Virus record (IMG/VR): IMGVR_UViG_3300021180_000001
Location: 1-54,031 of that record
Source of the DNA: a virus
Taxonomy: Duplodnaviria > Caudoviricetes
Strand: one strand, 5' to 3'
DNA: 54,031 nt
The first letter of the stretch is position 1. Every line of letters begins with the position of its first letter. The translations under genes were made by a program, and so were the position numbers. The notes beneath the pieces are model-generated. The model had not been told where the DNA came from and did no database searches. It worked only from the letters and a program-made list of their open reading frames with translations. Below, piece by piece: positions 31,330 through 40,274 of this stretch.

Positions 31330-31521
31330 ATAAACTCCTCTCTATTATTTAATAGTATATCAAAATTTTATAAAAAACAATAGTATATTTTATTTTTTAT
31401 TATAATTCTTATAAATATACTGACAAATGCTTACAATTTTTATGTGTAATATATTATTGCTGTAACATTTAGGAAATTTATAATAAATTTTTTAATATTC
31501 TGAATATATCAGGTAAATTAT

Positions 31522-32397
31522 ATGAAAGATGGTTTCTTAAAAGTTAGAAAAACAGGAATTGGCGGTAGCGATATCGGGGCAATCATGGGTGAAAATAAAA
31601 ATAAGAGCGCTTATGAAGTTTATTTAGATAAGACAGAGGAAGTAGAGATTCAATGTGAGGATAATGAGCCTATTGTGTGGGGAAATTTATTAGAAGATCC
31701 AATTTCCACACGATATGAACAATTGACTAATAAGGAACAAATTTTTGTAACTGATACTTTTAGGCATCCTAAATATCCATTTTTAATTGCTCACCCGGAT
31801 AGGATTATGCCTATAGAAAAAAAAGGATTAGAAATAAAAACTGCAGGATTTATGTCGAGGGACTTATGGGGAGAAAGTGGGTCTCAACAAATTCCAACTC
31901 ATTATTATCTCCAAATTGCTCATTATATGTTGGTTCTGGACTATGATTCTTGGGACATAGCTGTTTTGATAGGAGGACAAGAATTAAGGATTTATACCTT
32001 TGAAAGGCTTAAAGAAGCCGATGATATTATCTTAGAAAATGGTATAAACTTTTGGGAAAATCATGTTTTAAAGCGTAATCCTCCTACTTTGGAAAATATT
32101 AATTCAAAAACAGTTGAATTTCTTAAAAAAAGATATAAACTAGTTTCTCCTGAAATTGTTCCTTTTGGAGATAATCTTTTCCAATGGAGAGATATATGGC
32201 TAGAAGCCAAAGAACTTGTGAAACGATATCAAAATCAAGTTGATATTGCCCAGGCTCATTTGTTAGAAGCCATGAAGGAAGCTGGAAGAGGAAATTTTAG
32301 TGATGGGAGTTCTTTTGTTAGAAAATTGGTCAAGGCAAAAGAATATATGGTTAAAGAAAGAGAGTATGTACGTTTTGAATTTAGAAAAGGAGGCTGA
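31522..32397 (+). CDS. YqaJ-family (lambda exo-like) recombination exonuclease
   Basis: [21 protein letters not shown]...[15 protein letters not shown]. Confidence 0.93.
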   Translation: MKDGFLKVRKTGIGGSDIGAIMGENKNKSAYEVYLDKTEEVEIQCEDNEPIVWGNLLEDPISTRYEQLTNKEQIFVTDTFRHPKYPFLIAHPDRIMPIEKKGLEIKTAGFMSRDLWGESGSQQIPTHYYLQIAHYMLVLDYDSWDIAVLIGGQELRIYTFERLKEADDIILENGINFWENHVLKRNPPTLENINSKTVEFLKKRYKLVSPEIVPFGDNLFQWRDIWLEAKELVKRYQNQVDIAQAHLLEAMKEAGRGNFSDGSSFVRKLVKAKEYMVKEREYVRFEFRKGG

Positions 32398-32398
32398 A

Positions 32399-32644
32399 AT
32401 GTTAATTTTAACTAGGAATATAGGACAATCTATCAAAATTGGAGATGATATAACTGTAATGATTTTAGATGTCAGGGGAAAGCAAGTTCGAATAGGGGTA
32501 TCTGCTCCAGATCGGATAGAAGTTCATAGAGAAGAAATTTATAGGAGAATTCAAACGGATAAATTAAAGACGGCGGAAGATAAGGCTAAGGAATTAGCAG
32601 AGTTATATTTTCCGGTTCCAAATTCTAAACCATCTGATATTTAA
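32399..32644 (+). CDS. csrA: Carbon storage regulator CsrA/RsmA homolog
   Basis: [51 protein letters not shown]; AGGAGG RBS; true start 32399. Confidence 0.96.
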   Translation: MLILTRNIGQSIKIGDDITVMILDVRGKQVRIGVSAPDRIEVHREEIYRRIQTDKLKTAEDKAKELAELYFPVPNSKPSDI

Positions 32645-32653
32645 GGAAAAATT

Positions 32654-33547
32654 ATGGATAGTAGCAACATTGTAGATCTAAGTATCCCACCTAAAAATCT
32701 TAATAAAGGTTTTATGGTAATAGATTCTTTAGATAAGGCAAAAGAAGTGGCAGTTTTAATGATTGAATCTGGCATAATTCCAGATTTCCATCTTAAAGCT
32801 AAAAATCCAGTGGCTTCAGTTATTATGTGTCTTCAAAAAGGATTAGAAGTAGGATTATCTCCTACTCAATCTGTTCAGGATATTGCTAATATTAATGGTA
32901 GGCCCGTTGTATGGGGAGATGCCGCTTTAGCTTTATGTAAAGCAGCGCCTGATTATGAATATTGTCATGAAACATATGAGGAAAAAACTGAAACAGCAAT
33001 TTGCGAAGTTAAAAGAAGAGGAGAAGAAAAAGTTGTTAGAATTTTCTCTATAGCAGATGCAAAAACTGCTGGGCTTATAGATAAAAATATTTGGAAACTT
33101 TATCGAAAAAGGATGTTGCAAATGAGAGCTCGAGGATTTGCTCTACGAGATTGTTTTCCTCATATTTTAAAAGGATTACATTTAGCTGAAGAATATGTAG
33201 GAGTCAAAGAAGTAGAGATTAATCCAATAGAGAAAACTATTGAAATCAACGAAGGTCTTGTAAGATTTGAAAGCATTTCAAAAAATCCTCTAGAATCTAT
33301 TAAAGAAAGATTAGAAAGAAGAAAAGAGAGAGAGATGAATTCAACATTATTTACAGACCAGATTATTACTACAGAAACTCACGCAGAACTTATGAAATGG
33401 ATAGGTTATAAGAAGGTTCCATCTTCTGTAATTAATAAATGGTTGACTAAAGCGAATGTCGTTAATTTGAGTGATTTGACAGACATTCAAGCTCAAGCTA
33501 TTATAGAAATGCTAATTTCAAAGGAGGAAAATTATGAGCAAGACTAA
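32654..33547 (+). CDS. RecT/Redbeta-like single-strand annealing protein
   Basis: GLEVGLSP...INGRPVVWGD...WKLYRKRMLQMRARGFALRDCFP; paired with the YqaJ exonuclease. Confidence 0.85.
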   Translation: MDSSNIVDLSIPPKNLNKGFMVIDSLDKAKEVAVLMIESGIIPDFHLKAKNPVASVIMCLQKGLEVGLSPTQSVQDIANINGRPVVWGDAALALCKAAPDYEYCHETYEEKTETAICEVKRRGEEKVVRIFSIADAKTAGLIDKNIWKLYRKRMLQMRARGFALRDCFPHILKGLHLAEEYVGVKEVEINPIEKTIEINEGLVRFESISKNPLESIKERLERRKEREMNSTLFTDQIITTETHAELMKWIGYKKVPSSVINKWLTKANVVNLSDLTDIQAQAIIEMLISKEENYEQD

Positions 33548-33743
33548 AACTTATATTAAGATTGCATTGGATAAATCTGCTCCTATTATTTCCTGTATAG
33601 AGCTTATGGAGAGCATCAAGAAAAATAATATTGTTGAGAAAGTGCAAATATTTTCAGAAACAAAAAAAGATAGGTCATTAACTTATTTACCTTTCAGGTT
33701 GGATATTGATGCAATTTATGGCAATAAAGAATTTCCTATGTAA
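33534..33743 (+). CDS. Hypothetical protein
   Basis: AGGAGG RBS. Confidence 0.6.
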   Translation: MSKTKTYIKIALDKSAPIISCIELMESIKKNNIVEKVQIFSETKKDRSLTYLPFRLDIDAIYGNKEFPM

Positions 33744-33758
33744 TTACTGGAGGATAAA

Positions 33759-33995
33759 ATGGATATTGAAATTTTAGAACGAAAGGCAGCAGCAATTTCG
33801 GAAGCATTGGTTGATGTTAATCTCACATTATCTTGTTTAAATGACCTGCTATATGAATATAATAAACTTTTGGTAGAGCATCAATCTTTAAAAGATAAAA
33901 TAAAAGAGATTGTTTATGACATGCAGAGTGAAAATAGAGATTTATTACTTCATTCAGAAGAAATAGAAGAGATTTTAAATGGAATTGATATTTGA
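33759..33995 (+). CDS. Hypothetical coiled-coil protein
   Basis: GGAGG RBS. Confidence 0.6.
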   Translation: MDIEILERKAAAISEALVDVNLTLSCLNDLLYEYNKLLVEHQSLKDKIKEIVYDMQSENRDLLLHSEEIEEILNGIDI

Positions 33996-34102
33996 AGTTT
34001 TGTGAAAGTGCCTATCTTTAAGATCAATACTCTTGAACAAAAATATCCGATCAGATATAATTTATTCAATCTGTATTGCTCTTAAACACGGTTACAGATT
34101 AC

Positions 34103-34140
34103 GAAAAGGCTAGGAGTGTCACCCTGGCCTTTTCACTTTA
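34103..34140. terminator. Hairpin / bidirectional terminator
   Basis: GAAAAGGCTAGG / CCTGGCCTTTTC 12-bp stem. Confidence 0.65.
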
Positions 34141-34569
34141 ATAAGCTCAGAACTATGTCTTGTTTACTTCAATTCCGCTTGAAACTATTGATCAGATCGA
34201 CTTTTAGTTTTTTCATGCACTTTTGTCAAAAAATTTATCAATATGCAAGCATATTCGTAGCAGATCGACATGAAAGATTTATCTAAAGTGCCTTTTCTTT
34301 AGAAACCACTGTATAATATTTTGTTTGTTTTTCTAATAACTAACTAATTCGGTTTAGCATTTGTTTTCCTAATTTTTACAGTCTGGGAATTATTACCTGG
34401 GTATTAGCCAAATAAACATTCGAGAATGCCCCAAATCTTTCCATACAGGCGTTTTTAATGAAAGGTGCACCTTTGTATACCCAATCCATAAAAACTCTCA
34501 AATATCGAAATATTTAAGGTTTTTATGCTTATCTGTGTTTTTGTATAGATATATTTTTTTCTTGTCTAA

Positions 34570-34845
34570 GGAGCGCGCATAGGCGCGTGCACACGCTCAC
34601 GCACACACGCTCGCACTCGCGGAGTTATGTCTATGGCCTAAACATTGCGATGTAGCCTAAATATCTAAAATTATTTTATATTTATTATTATTATTAAACT
34701 AATATAAGGTGTAGGTATACAGTTTGATCATAGGTCTGTGGATAAGTCCGTTGTAGGTCTGTGGATAACCCTGTGGACAAGTCATGTATAACTTTTTTTT
34801 TAAATTCTCAAAAAATTGAAATTTAGAGTGTCTGTGGATAAGTAT
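34570..34845. other. Putative replication origin (DnaA-box cluster with adjacent AT-rich region)
   Basis: TGTGGATAA at 34737, 34760 and 34833, TGTGGACAA at 34772; AT-rich (TAT)n tract at 34660-34706; lies in the largest non-coding gap. Confidence 0.8.
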
Positions 34846-34907
34846 ATTTTATCATTCTTAACTAAATAATAGGTATTTATATAACTTTAATTAATATTGT
34901 TTGTGGT

Positions 34908-34936
34908 TTGACTAAATTAATATTCTGATGTAATAT
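34908..34936 (+). promoter_or_regulatory. Sigma70-like promoter
   Basis: TTGACT-N17-TAATAT upstream of an AAGGAG RBS. Confidence 0.5.
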
Positions 34937-34972
34937 GTTATACAGTGTTTTTTTAAACTAAGGAGAGTATAA

Positions 34973-35434
34973 ATGATATTTACTAGTAATTATGCAAGAT
35001 TAAGTTTTTCTAAATTTACTAAGAAGGGTAATAAATTTAGAAATATCCCAAAAGGAGATCAAAATGCTATTGTTTTATATTTGATTATAGAAATGAAAAG
35101 TATTTTGGGAATAAATGAAGATAAAATTTACAATTGGATGAATTCCTTATTAGATTCAAATTTATCCGTTAAATCTATATTTTTAGGGCTAAAAAAGGTA
35201 ATGGAAAACAAAGATTTTTATATGGAGCGTATCCATAATACGGCACGTATCCCTATAAATCCTATGTATTTTATTGCTATTTGTAAAAGAGAGTTTGATA
35301 ACACATTTTTTACAATAAATAATAATCCTCAAGTAAAAGAAATTGCTGAAAAATGTTTATTGCAACTCAGAAAAGAATTCTTAAGAATACCTAAGTCTGC
35401 TCCGTCTCTATTTGTTGGAGAAGTCTCATTATGA
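34973..35434 (+). CDS. Lambda replication protein P-like helicase loader (putative)
   Basis: W...L....SI..GL...P.NP..FIAICK resembles lambda P (W.LAF.ENGI....V..GM...P.PGQF..WC); next to the origin. Confidence 0.55.
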   Translation: MIFTSNYARLSFSKFTKKGNKFRNIPKGDQNAIVLYLIIEMKSILGINEDKIYNWMNSLLDSNLSVKSIFLGLKKVMENKDFYMERIHNTARIPINPMYFIAICKREFDNTFFTINNNPQVKEIAEKCLLQLRKEFLRIPKSAPSLFVGEVSL

Positions 35435-35739
35435 ATTATCGATATAGGTTAGTTGAAGTAATTCCCAATGTTTATTGCTTAAGGTATGAAGCATCTGGAT
35501 TACAAAAAGGATTGGTCATAAGGAAAGAGTTAGGTAAATATCACTCTTTAGTTGGCTCTAAACAAGATAATATGATAGATAAGATAAATTTTTTTTCAGT
35601 TAGGACTTGTATTACTAAAATAAGAATGTTAGATTTGAACAATATGATATATACTAGTGGTATAGAAATATTTAGAAATGGACCTAATAAGATTTCTGAA
35701 AATGTAAATTGGAAATCTATTTGGACTGTAGAGGAATAG
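35431..35739 (+). CDS. Hypothetical protein
   Basis: ATGA-coupled ORF. Confidence 0.55.
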   Translation: MNYRYRLVEVIPNVYCLRYEASGLQKGLVIRKELGKYHSLVGSKQDNMIDKINFFSVRTCITKIRMLDLNNMIYTSGIEIFRNGPNKISENVNWKSIWTVEE

Positions 35740-35744
35740 ATAGA

Positions 35745-36011
35745 ATGAAAAAAATATTTAAAGTTACCGAAAAGATACTTGATGTAAAGATACCTATATT
35801 TAATACTATATTAGAATATATTAAAAATAAGGGATTTACTCAAACGAAAGCAGGTAATGAATTAGAAGTCGCTCAATGTGAAATATCAAAATTTAAGAAT
35901 AGAAAATATGAACATTTTTCTTTAGAAAGATTATTTAGATTTTTAAAGAGAATCGGGTATAATGTGGAGATTCATTTGAAGGGTAAGGAAGAAAAAAATG
36001 AGAGAGATTAA
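35745..36011 (+). CDS. XRE-family HTH regulator (HigA/HTH_37-like)
   Basis: TQTKAGNELEVAQCEISKFKN...FSLERLFRFLKRIGYNVEI; GAGGA RBS before ATG 35745. Confidence 0.8.
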   Translation: MKKIFKVTEKILDVKIPIFNTILEYIKNKGFTQTKAGNELEVAQCEISKFKNRKYEHFSLERLFRFLKRIGYNVEIHLKGKEEKNERD

Positions 36012-36177
36012 GTTTCAAATAGTAGATAAATATGAAGTAGAAGTTCCATTCCTAGAGAAAAAAGTGGAAAAATATAGATTATTTAGTTTTTTAAAAAGAA
36101 TGGGATATAATGTAAAAGTTCATTTAAAACAGATTAAGTTTAAAATACTAGGTAAAAATAAAATAGAGGAAAAATAG
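35998..36177 (+). CDS. 59-aa protein carrying a copy of the XRE C-terminal segment (not in ORF track)
   Basis: MREIKFQIVDK...RLFSFLKRMGYNVKVHLK. Confidence 0.6.
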   Translation: MREIKFQIVDKYEVEVPFLEKKVEKYRLFSFLKRMGYNVKVHLKQIKFKILGKNKIEEK

Positions 36178-36187
36178 GAATTATTTT

Positions 36188-36367
36188 ATGAAAAAAGTAA
36201 ATATAGATTTTATGGAAATGGAAAGAAGAATGCTTTATTCAAGAAGAACAACTAAAAAAAATAGAGAAAAGAAAATAAGCTTGAAAAATGAGGAAAATAA
36301 TGATGTGTTTATTTCAATGCAGAAACATGGAAAATGGGTAAATCCTAATTTTATTAAGAATGCTTAA
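36188..36367 (+). CDS. Small basic hypothetical protein (59 aa)
   Basis: Fills the gap; TAATG coupling to the next ORF. Confidence 0.5.
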   Translation: MKKVNIDFMEMERRMLYSRRTTKKNREKKISLKNEENNDVFISMQKHGKWVNPNFIKNA

Positions 36368-36567
36368 TGAAGATAGTATGTCAAAATTGTCATTCATCAG
36401 ATTTTATAGAAGTATCTAGCACAATGAAATTGGAAGATTTTGTAAATGATTTCGAACATAAGTATTATACCTTAATCTGTAATAAATGTAAGATATATAC
36501 AGAGTTAGATGGTAAGGATAGAATTGAACAGCAAAAGGTAATAGGAGAGAAAAATGGTTCACTTTGA
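36367..36567 (+). CDS. Zn-ribbon protein
   Basis: CQNC...CNKC. Confidence 0.65.
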   Translation: MKIVCQNCHSSDFIEVSSTMKLEDFVNDFEHKYYTLICNKCKIYTELDGKDRIEQQKVIGEKNGSL

Positions 36568-37477
36568 AGAATTAAATGACGGAAGTAATAAAAGGAAAGT
36601 ATTATTTAATCAACAAAATTCTGTAAAATCGTTAATAAAAGACTTTATAGATGCCAGATGGCCTGTTCTGATAGAAGGTCCTACTGGAATAGGTAAGAAT
36701 TATCTTGTAGAAGTTCTTGCGGAAGAAGAATCTAAAAAAATTATCCGAGTAAATTTGAATGTAAATGTTTCTCAGGAAGACTTATGGGGCCAAAATGTCC
36801 TCATTAAAGATGGAGAAGCATCTATTATTAAATTTAAAGATGGACCTGTAGTAAATGCTATTAAGAATGGATATTGGCTTTTATTAGATGAAATAAATGC
36901 TGCATTGCCAGAAGTATTGTTTTCATTACATGCGTTATTAGAAAGAAATAAGAAAGAAATTTATGTTCCAATTTTACAAGATAATTTACAGGTTCACGAA
37001 GAGTTCAGAGTTATAGCAACTATGAATCCATCTGATGAATATTTTGGAACTAGAAGTCTAAATCAGGCATTCTTAAGTAGATTTATGATAGTTGAAATGG
37101 GAATTCCTTCATTATCAGATATGGCCATTATACTAAAAGAATTTTATACAGATAAAGAAATAGAGACGACTGTTTTTGTGTTGACAAAGTTAATAGGGGA
37201 GTTAAATAACTGGAAAATTAAAATGAATATCTCTATTAGAGATTTTGAAAAAGTTCTAGTTTTGTTGAAGACAGATGGATTGTATATATCAGATCACTTA
37301 GCCTCTATATTTAGAGATTATATTAGATTACTTCCAGAAAAAGCTCTAGAAACTTTTAATAAAAATAAATTTGAAAAAAATGAAAAAGAAATGGGAGCTT
37401 TAGGAAAATTCCTAAAAAATCCAGAAAAATATATAAGTTTGATTGAAATGCTTGAAAAATCTATGGAAAAATCATGA
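36554..37477 (+). CDS. MoxR-type AAA+ ATPase (CbbQ/NorQ/CobS-like)
   Basis: Walker A GPTGIGKN, Walker B LLLDEIN, FRVIATMNP, LNQAFLSRF. Confidence 0.9.
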   Translation: MVHFEELNDGSNKRKVLFNQQNSVKSLIKDFIDARWPVLIEGPTGIGKNYLVEVLAEEESKKIIRVNLNVNVSQEDLWGQNVLIKDGEASIIKFKDGPVVNAIKNGYWLLLDEINAALPEVLFSLHALLERNKKEIYVPILQDNLQVHEEFRVIATMNPSDEYFGTRSLNQAFLSRFMIVEMGIPSLSDMAIILKEFYTDKEIETTVFVLTKLIGELNNWKIKMNISIRDFEKVLVLLKTDGLYISDHLASIFRDYIRLLPEKALETFNKNKFEKNEKEMGALGKFLKNPEKYISLIEMLEKSMEKS

Positions 37478-38328
37478 ATCCAACTATACTTTTGAAATTA
37501 AGGAAATTATTCCAAGTTAATACAGCACCATTATTATTAGCTGGACAACCACGCGGAAAAACTATCAGCAGTTTTTGTTTAGGAAAGGCTTTAGTTAATT
37601 CTAAAAATATTTATAATAGATTTATAGATAAAACATTAGAAGAAACTTATAAGGTTGTTATATTAATTGATGCAAGTGGTAGCAGAACTAATGGGCATCC
37701 TTCCGAAAAAGATAGTAAACATATAACCAAGCAAATAATAGAAATGTATTATAGTTTAAAAATAATTGTTGGAAAAGAGAATTTAAAAATTTATTTATTT
37801 AATCGAGTAATTGAAGAAGCATCAAAAATATTAGGGATAAAAATATTTTCTTATACAAACATTAGAGAGTTTACTATGGATTTAGGAGTAAAACAAGCAG
37901 AAGAAGCGAATAAAAAATTATGTCATTGGATGATTATGAAAAATGGAAGAGAAGGAGCTAATTGTGGTGGGAATCATGATGGATATGCCTTAGATTTTAT
38001 TTCTAAGCTTATGTGGTGGGGAAGTTTACCGAATAATAGAAAGTTAATTATTCATATTTCCGATGGACGACCTTCTTGTGATTATCCACATTGTGGATTA
38101 CCTGGATGTTTTCAGAGTACTGAAGAATTAGAAATAGATTATAAATATGTTGTTAAAAATTTATTAGAAAATAAGTTTAAATTATGTGGTTTAGGAGTAG
38201 ATAGAGAAATGGATGAATATTATGGAAAGGAAAATTGTGTGGAAACAAGTGAAAAACCTCAGAAAATGTTGGAAGATTTTATAGAATTATTTTCAAGTCA
38301 GATTAAGGAAAATAGGAGAAGTGTATGA
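37474..38328 (+). CDS. VWA-domain partner (CobT/NorD-like)
   Basis: MIDAS ILIDASGS, GGNHDG, IHISDGRP; coupled to the AAA+ gene. Confidence 0.85.
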   Translation: MNPTILLKLRKLFQVNTAPLLLAGQPRGKTISSFCLGKALVNSKNIYNRFIDKTLEETYKVVILIDASGSRTNGHPSEKDSKHITKQIIEMYYSLKIIVGKENLKIYLFNRVIEEASKILGIKIFSYTNIREFTMDLGVKQAEEANKKLCHWMIMKNGREGANCGGNHDGYALDFISKLMWWGSLPNNRKLIIHISDGRPSCDYPHCGLPGCFQSTEELEIDYKYVVKNLLENKFKLCGLGVDREMDEYYGKENCVETSEKPQKMLEDFIELFSSQIKENRRSV

Positions 38329-38615
38329 TGAAAATCATAGAATTCCTTTGGGAAGAAGATTCTGAATTATTATGTGTAAAATGCGAAGTTGAAAAAATTG
38401 AAGTTAATTTTAACTTTAGCAAGAAAACAATTGAAGACCGTATTGTTCATAAAAGAGAGGATATAATTGCTCATAGAGAAGAGGGCGTCACAATAGGGCA
38501 ATGGAAGACACTTGTTGAAGATAGAATAAAAAAACTTCTTGAATCAGATGAAGATTTTAGAAATGACCTACTAAAAACTTTGAAAAAGGAACTTTCGAAA
38601 AAAATATCAATATAA
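38325..38615 (+). CDS. Hypothetical protein
   Basis: AGGAG RBS; coupled. Confidence 0.6.
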   Translation: MMKIIEFLWEEDSELLCVKCEVEKIEVNFNFSKKTIEDRIVHKREDIIAHREEGVTIGQWKTLVEDRIKKLLESDEDFRNDLLKTLKKELSKKISI

Positions 38616-38622
38616 AGAATAG

Positions 38623-38817
38623 ATGGATAAATTTTTAGATAATGGGATTATTTTATGTGATTCTCCTCTCCTAGGAAAATTAAATTCTAAAACTGAAAAT
38701 TTGTTATCGTATAGCATGAAAATCATAAAGAGGGATGAATTACATTTGATACCATTTGTGCCGAACGAATATCAGATAGAATGGAAATTAATGGAATACA
38801 GATGGATAAATTTTTAG
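38623..38817 (+). CDS. MDKFLDNGIILCD-leader protein 1
   Basis: Shared 15-aa leader; KIIKRDELHLIPFVPNEYQ segment. Confidence 0.6.
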   Translation: MDKFLDNGIILCDSPLLGKLNSKTENLLSYSMKIIKRDELHLIPFVPNEYQIEWKLMEYRWINF

Positions 38818-39200
38818 ATAACGGAATTATTTTATGTGATTCTCCTAAAATTAAAAGGAAGACTTTTTATTTTCATCAAGTTAAACCTTCAGGAATAAAG
38901 GTTATAATAACTTGTCGTAGTCTGGAATTATCAGTTTTTGAATGTGGACATTATGGACATCCTATAACATGGGACAAATTTTATTTCAAAAAAAATGAAG
39001 AAGATGAAAAAGAATATATTTTATGGTGTAAAAATGAATCAGATTTTATAACTATTAAAGAATTTGAAAAAAGATATAATGTTTCTGTAGTGATTGAAAA
39101 TATAGGGCCTGAAGAAAATGTAGAAACTCAGATACCACCTGTTCTGAAATTCCTTCAATTCAGAAATCCAGAAGTTCAGAAATGGGAAAACCCTTATTAA
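38802..39200 (+). CDS. MDKFLDNGIILCD-leader protein 2
   Basis: Leader starts at ATG 38802 (ORF track start 38781). Confidence 0.6.
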   Translation: MDKFLDNGIILCDSPKIKRKTFYFHQVKPSGIKVIITCRSLELSVFECGHYGHPITWDKFYFKKNEEDEKEYILWCKNESDFITIKEFEKRYNVSVVIENIGPEENVETQIPPVLKFLQFRNPEVQKWENPY

Positions 39201-39215
39201 ATAAGGAGAGGATAG

Positions 39216-39551
39216 ATGAATAAATTTTTAGATAATGGGATTATTTTGTGTGATACTCCAGAAAATATAAGAGATGGAGAATCTATTGATTGTAAAGAAT
39301 ATATAATAGAAAAAGTAGAAATTGAACCTGAAATGAGGATGTTAGGTCTTTCTCAAATGCTACCTGCCTACCTACCATCTGTTGGGCTTGATTTAAGCGA
39401 ATATTCTCTTGAATCTGCTATCCTTGCAATTCAGCAATACAGAAATGAGAAAACTCTTATTAAATCAAGAAGTAGAAAATCTACCACTATTACAGCAGAT
39501 GCTGAAGATAAGATAAGAGTGTTAGGTCTTTCTCAAATGCGAGCGCCTTAG
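39216..39551 (+). CDS. MDKFLDNGIILCD-leader protein 3, mosaic of major-capsid fragments
   Basis: VEIEPEMRMLGLSQ and PSVGLDLSEYSLESAILAIQQYR match this genome's major capsid protein; AAGGAG RBS. Confidence 0.75.
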   Translation: MNKFLDNGIILCDTPENIRDGESIDCKEYIIEKVEIEPEMRMLGLSQMLPAYLPSVGLDLSEYSLESAILAIQQYRNEKTLIKSRSRKSTTITADAEDKIRVLGLSQMRAP

Positions 39552-39635
39552 TAAAAATATGTTGATTTTATATCACAATGATATATACTTCTGTTTTAGT
39601 ATGGTTTGTTTATAGACTAAACAGTAAATAGGTAA

Positions 39636-39992
39636 TTGGTCATGGGTACTGATTATGGTAACAGTAGAGAAGCAAGGATAAATAGACAGAAAGGAAAAAA
39701 AACTGCAATTGAATTGGCAGAAAATTTCATTAAGGAGTTTTCTAAGTTTAAAGAGGAATGGGGACCAAATACTAGGAAAATGATGGGAACATGGTTTTGG
39801 AAAGAAGCGGGATATAATTCCTTGCTCACGTTGGATAAATTAATGGATAATGAAGTAAATGATGTTATGAAACTGGCTTTTAAAAGGAAAATCATGAAAA
39901 TATATGAAATAGGAAAGTATTTATTGAATGATGTGGATAAAGGGTTAAAGAAAAAGGCTGATAAACTTATTGAAAAGATAGAGGGAAAATAA
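39636..39992 (+). CDS. Hypothetical protein
   Basis: ORF downstream of a TTGATT-N16-TATACT promoter-like sequence. Confidence 0.55.
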   Translation: MVMGTDYGNSREARINRQKGKKTAIELAENFIKEFSKFKEEWGPNTRKMMGTWFWKEAGYNSLLTLDKLMDNEVNDVMKLAFKRKIMKIYEIGKYLLNDVDKGLKKKADKLIEKIEGK

Positions 39993-39998
39993 ATATTT

Positions 39999-40259
39999 AT
40001 GAGCGAAAATAAAGCAAATGAAAACAAAGAAATATTGAAAAAAAGATTGGTAGAATATTTAAATGAAACCATCAAACAAGTGGAAAATGATGAAACAGAG
40101 TATGTATTGGTATTAAAATCAGTATTAAAAGCAGGTGATAGTTGTATTCATCCTGTAACATGTTTTTTGAGAAACTCAGGTCCAAAAATGATGGCTGCTG
40201 TGATGGGATATCTTGACCTTATGAAGAATGAATTAATAGAACATTTAACTAAAGATTAA
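39999..40259 (+). CDS. Tandem paralog family member 1
   Basis: EYL..I.QV.NDE.EY...HP.TCFL...VMGYL. Confidence 0.7.
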   Translation: MSENKANENKEILKKRLVEYLNETIKQVENDETEYVLVLKSVLKAGDSCIHPVTCFLRNSGPKMMAAVMGYLDLMKNELIEHLTKD

Positions 40260-40274
40260 AGAGGAAAATTATTT

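Noticed and set aside
32300-32398. N-terminal extension of CsrA in the ORF track
   Set aside because: Overlaps the exonuclease gene; the canonical MLILTR start with AGGAGG is at 32399
33996-34560. tRNA or known RNA gene in the large intergenic gaps
   Set aside because: No cloverleaf or GTTCRA T-loop seen; only isolated hairpins (e.g. AATCTGTA/TACAGATT)
34735-34792. VDK/VDN-repeat replication-protein reading frame over the DnaA boxes
   Set aside because: The boxes are in different frames and stops flank them; no ORF
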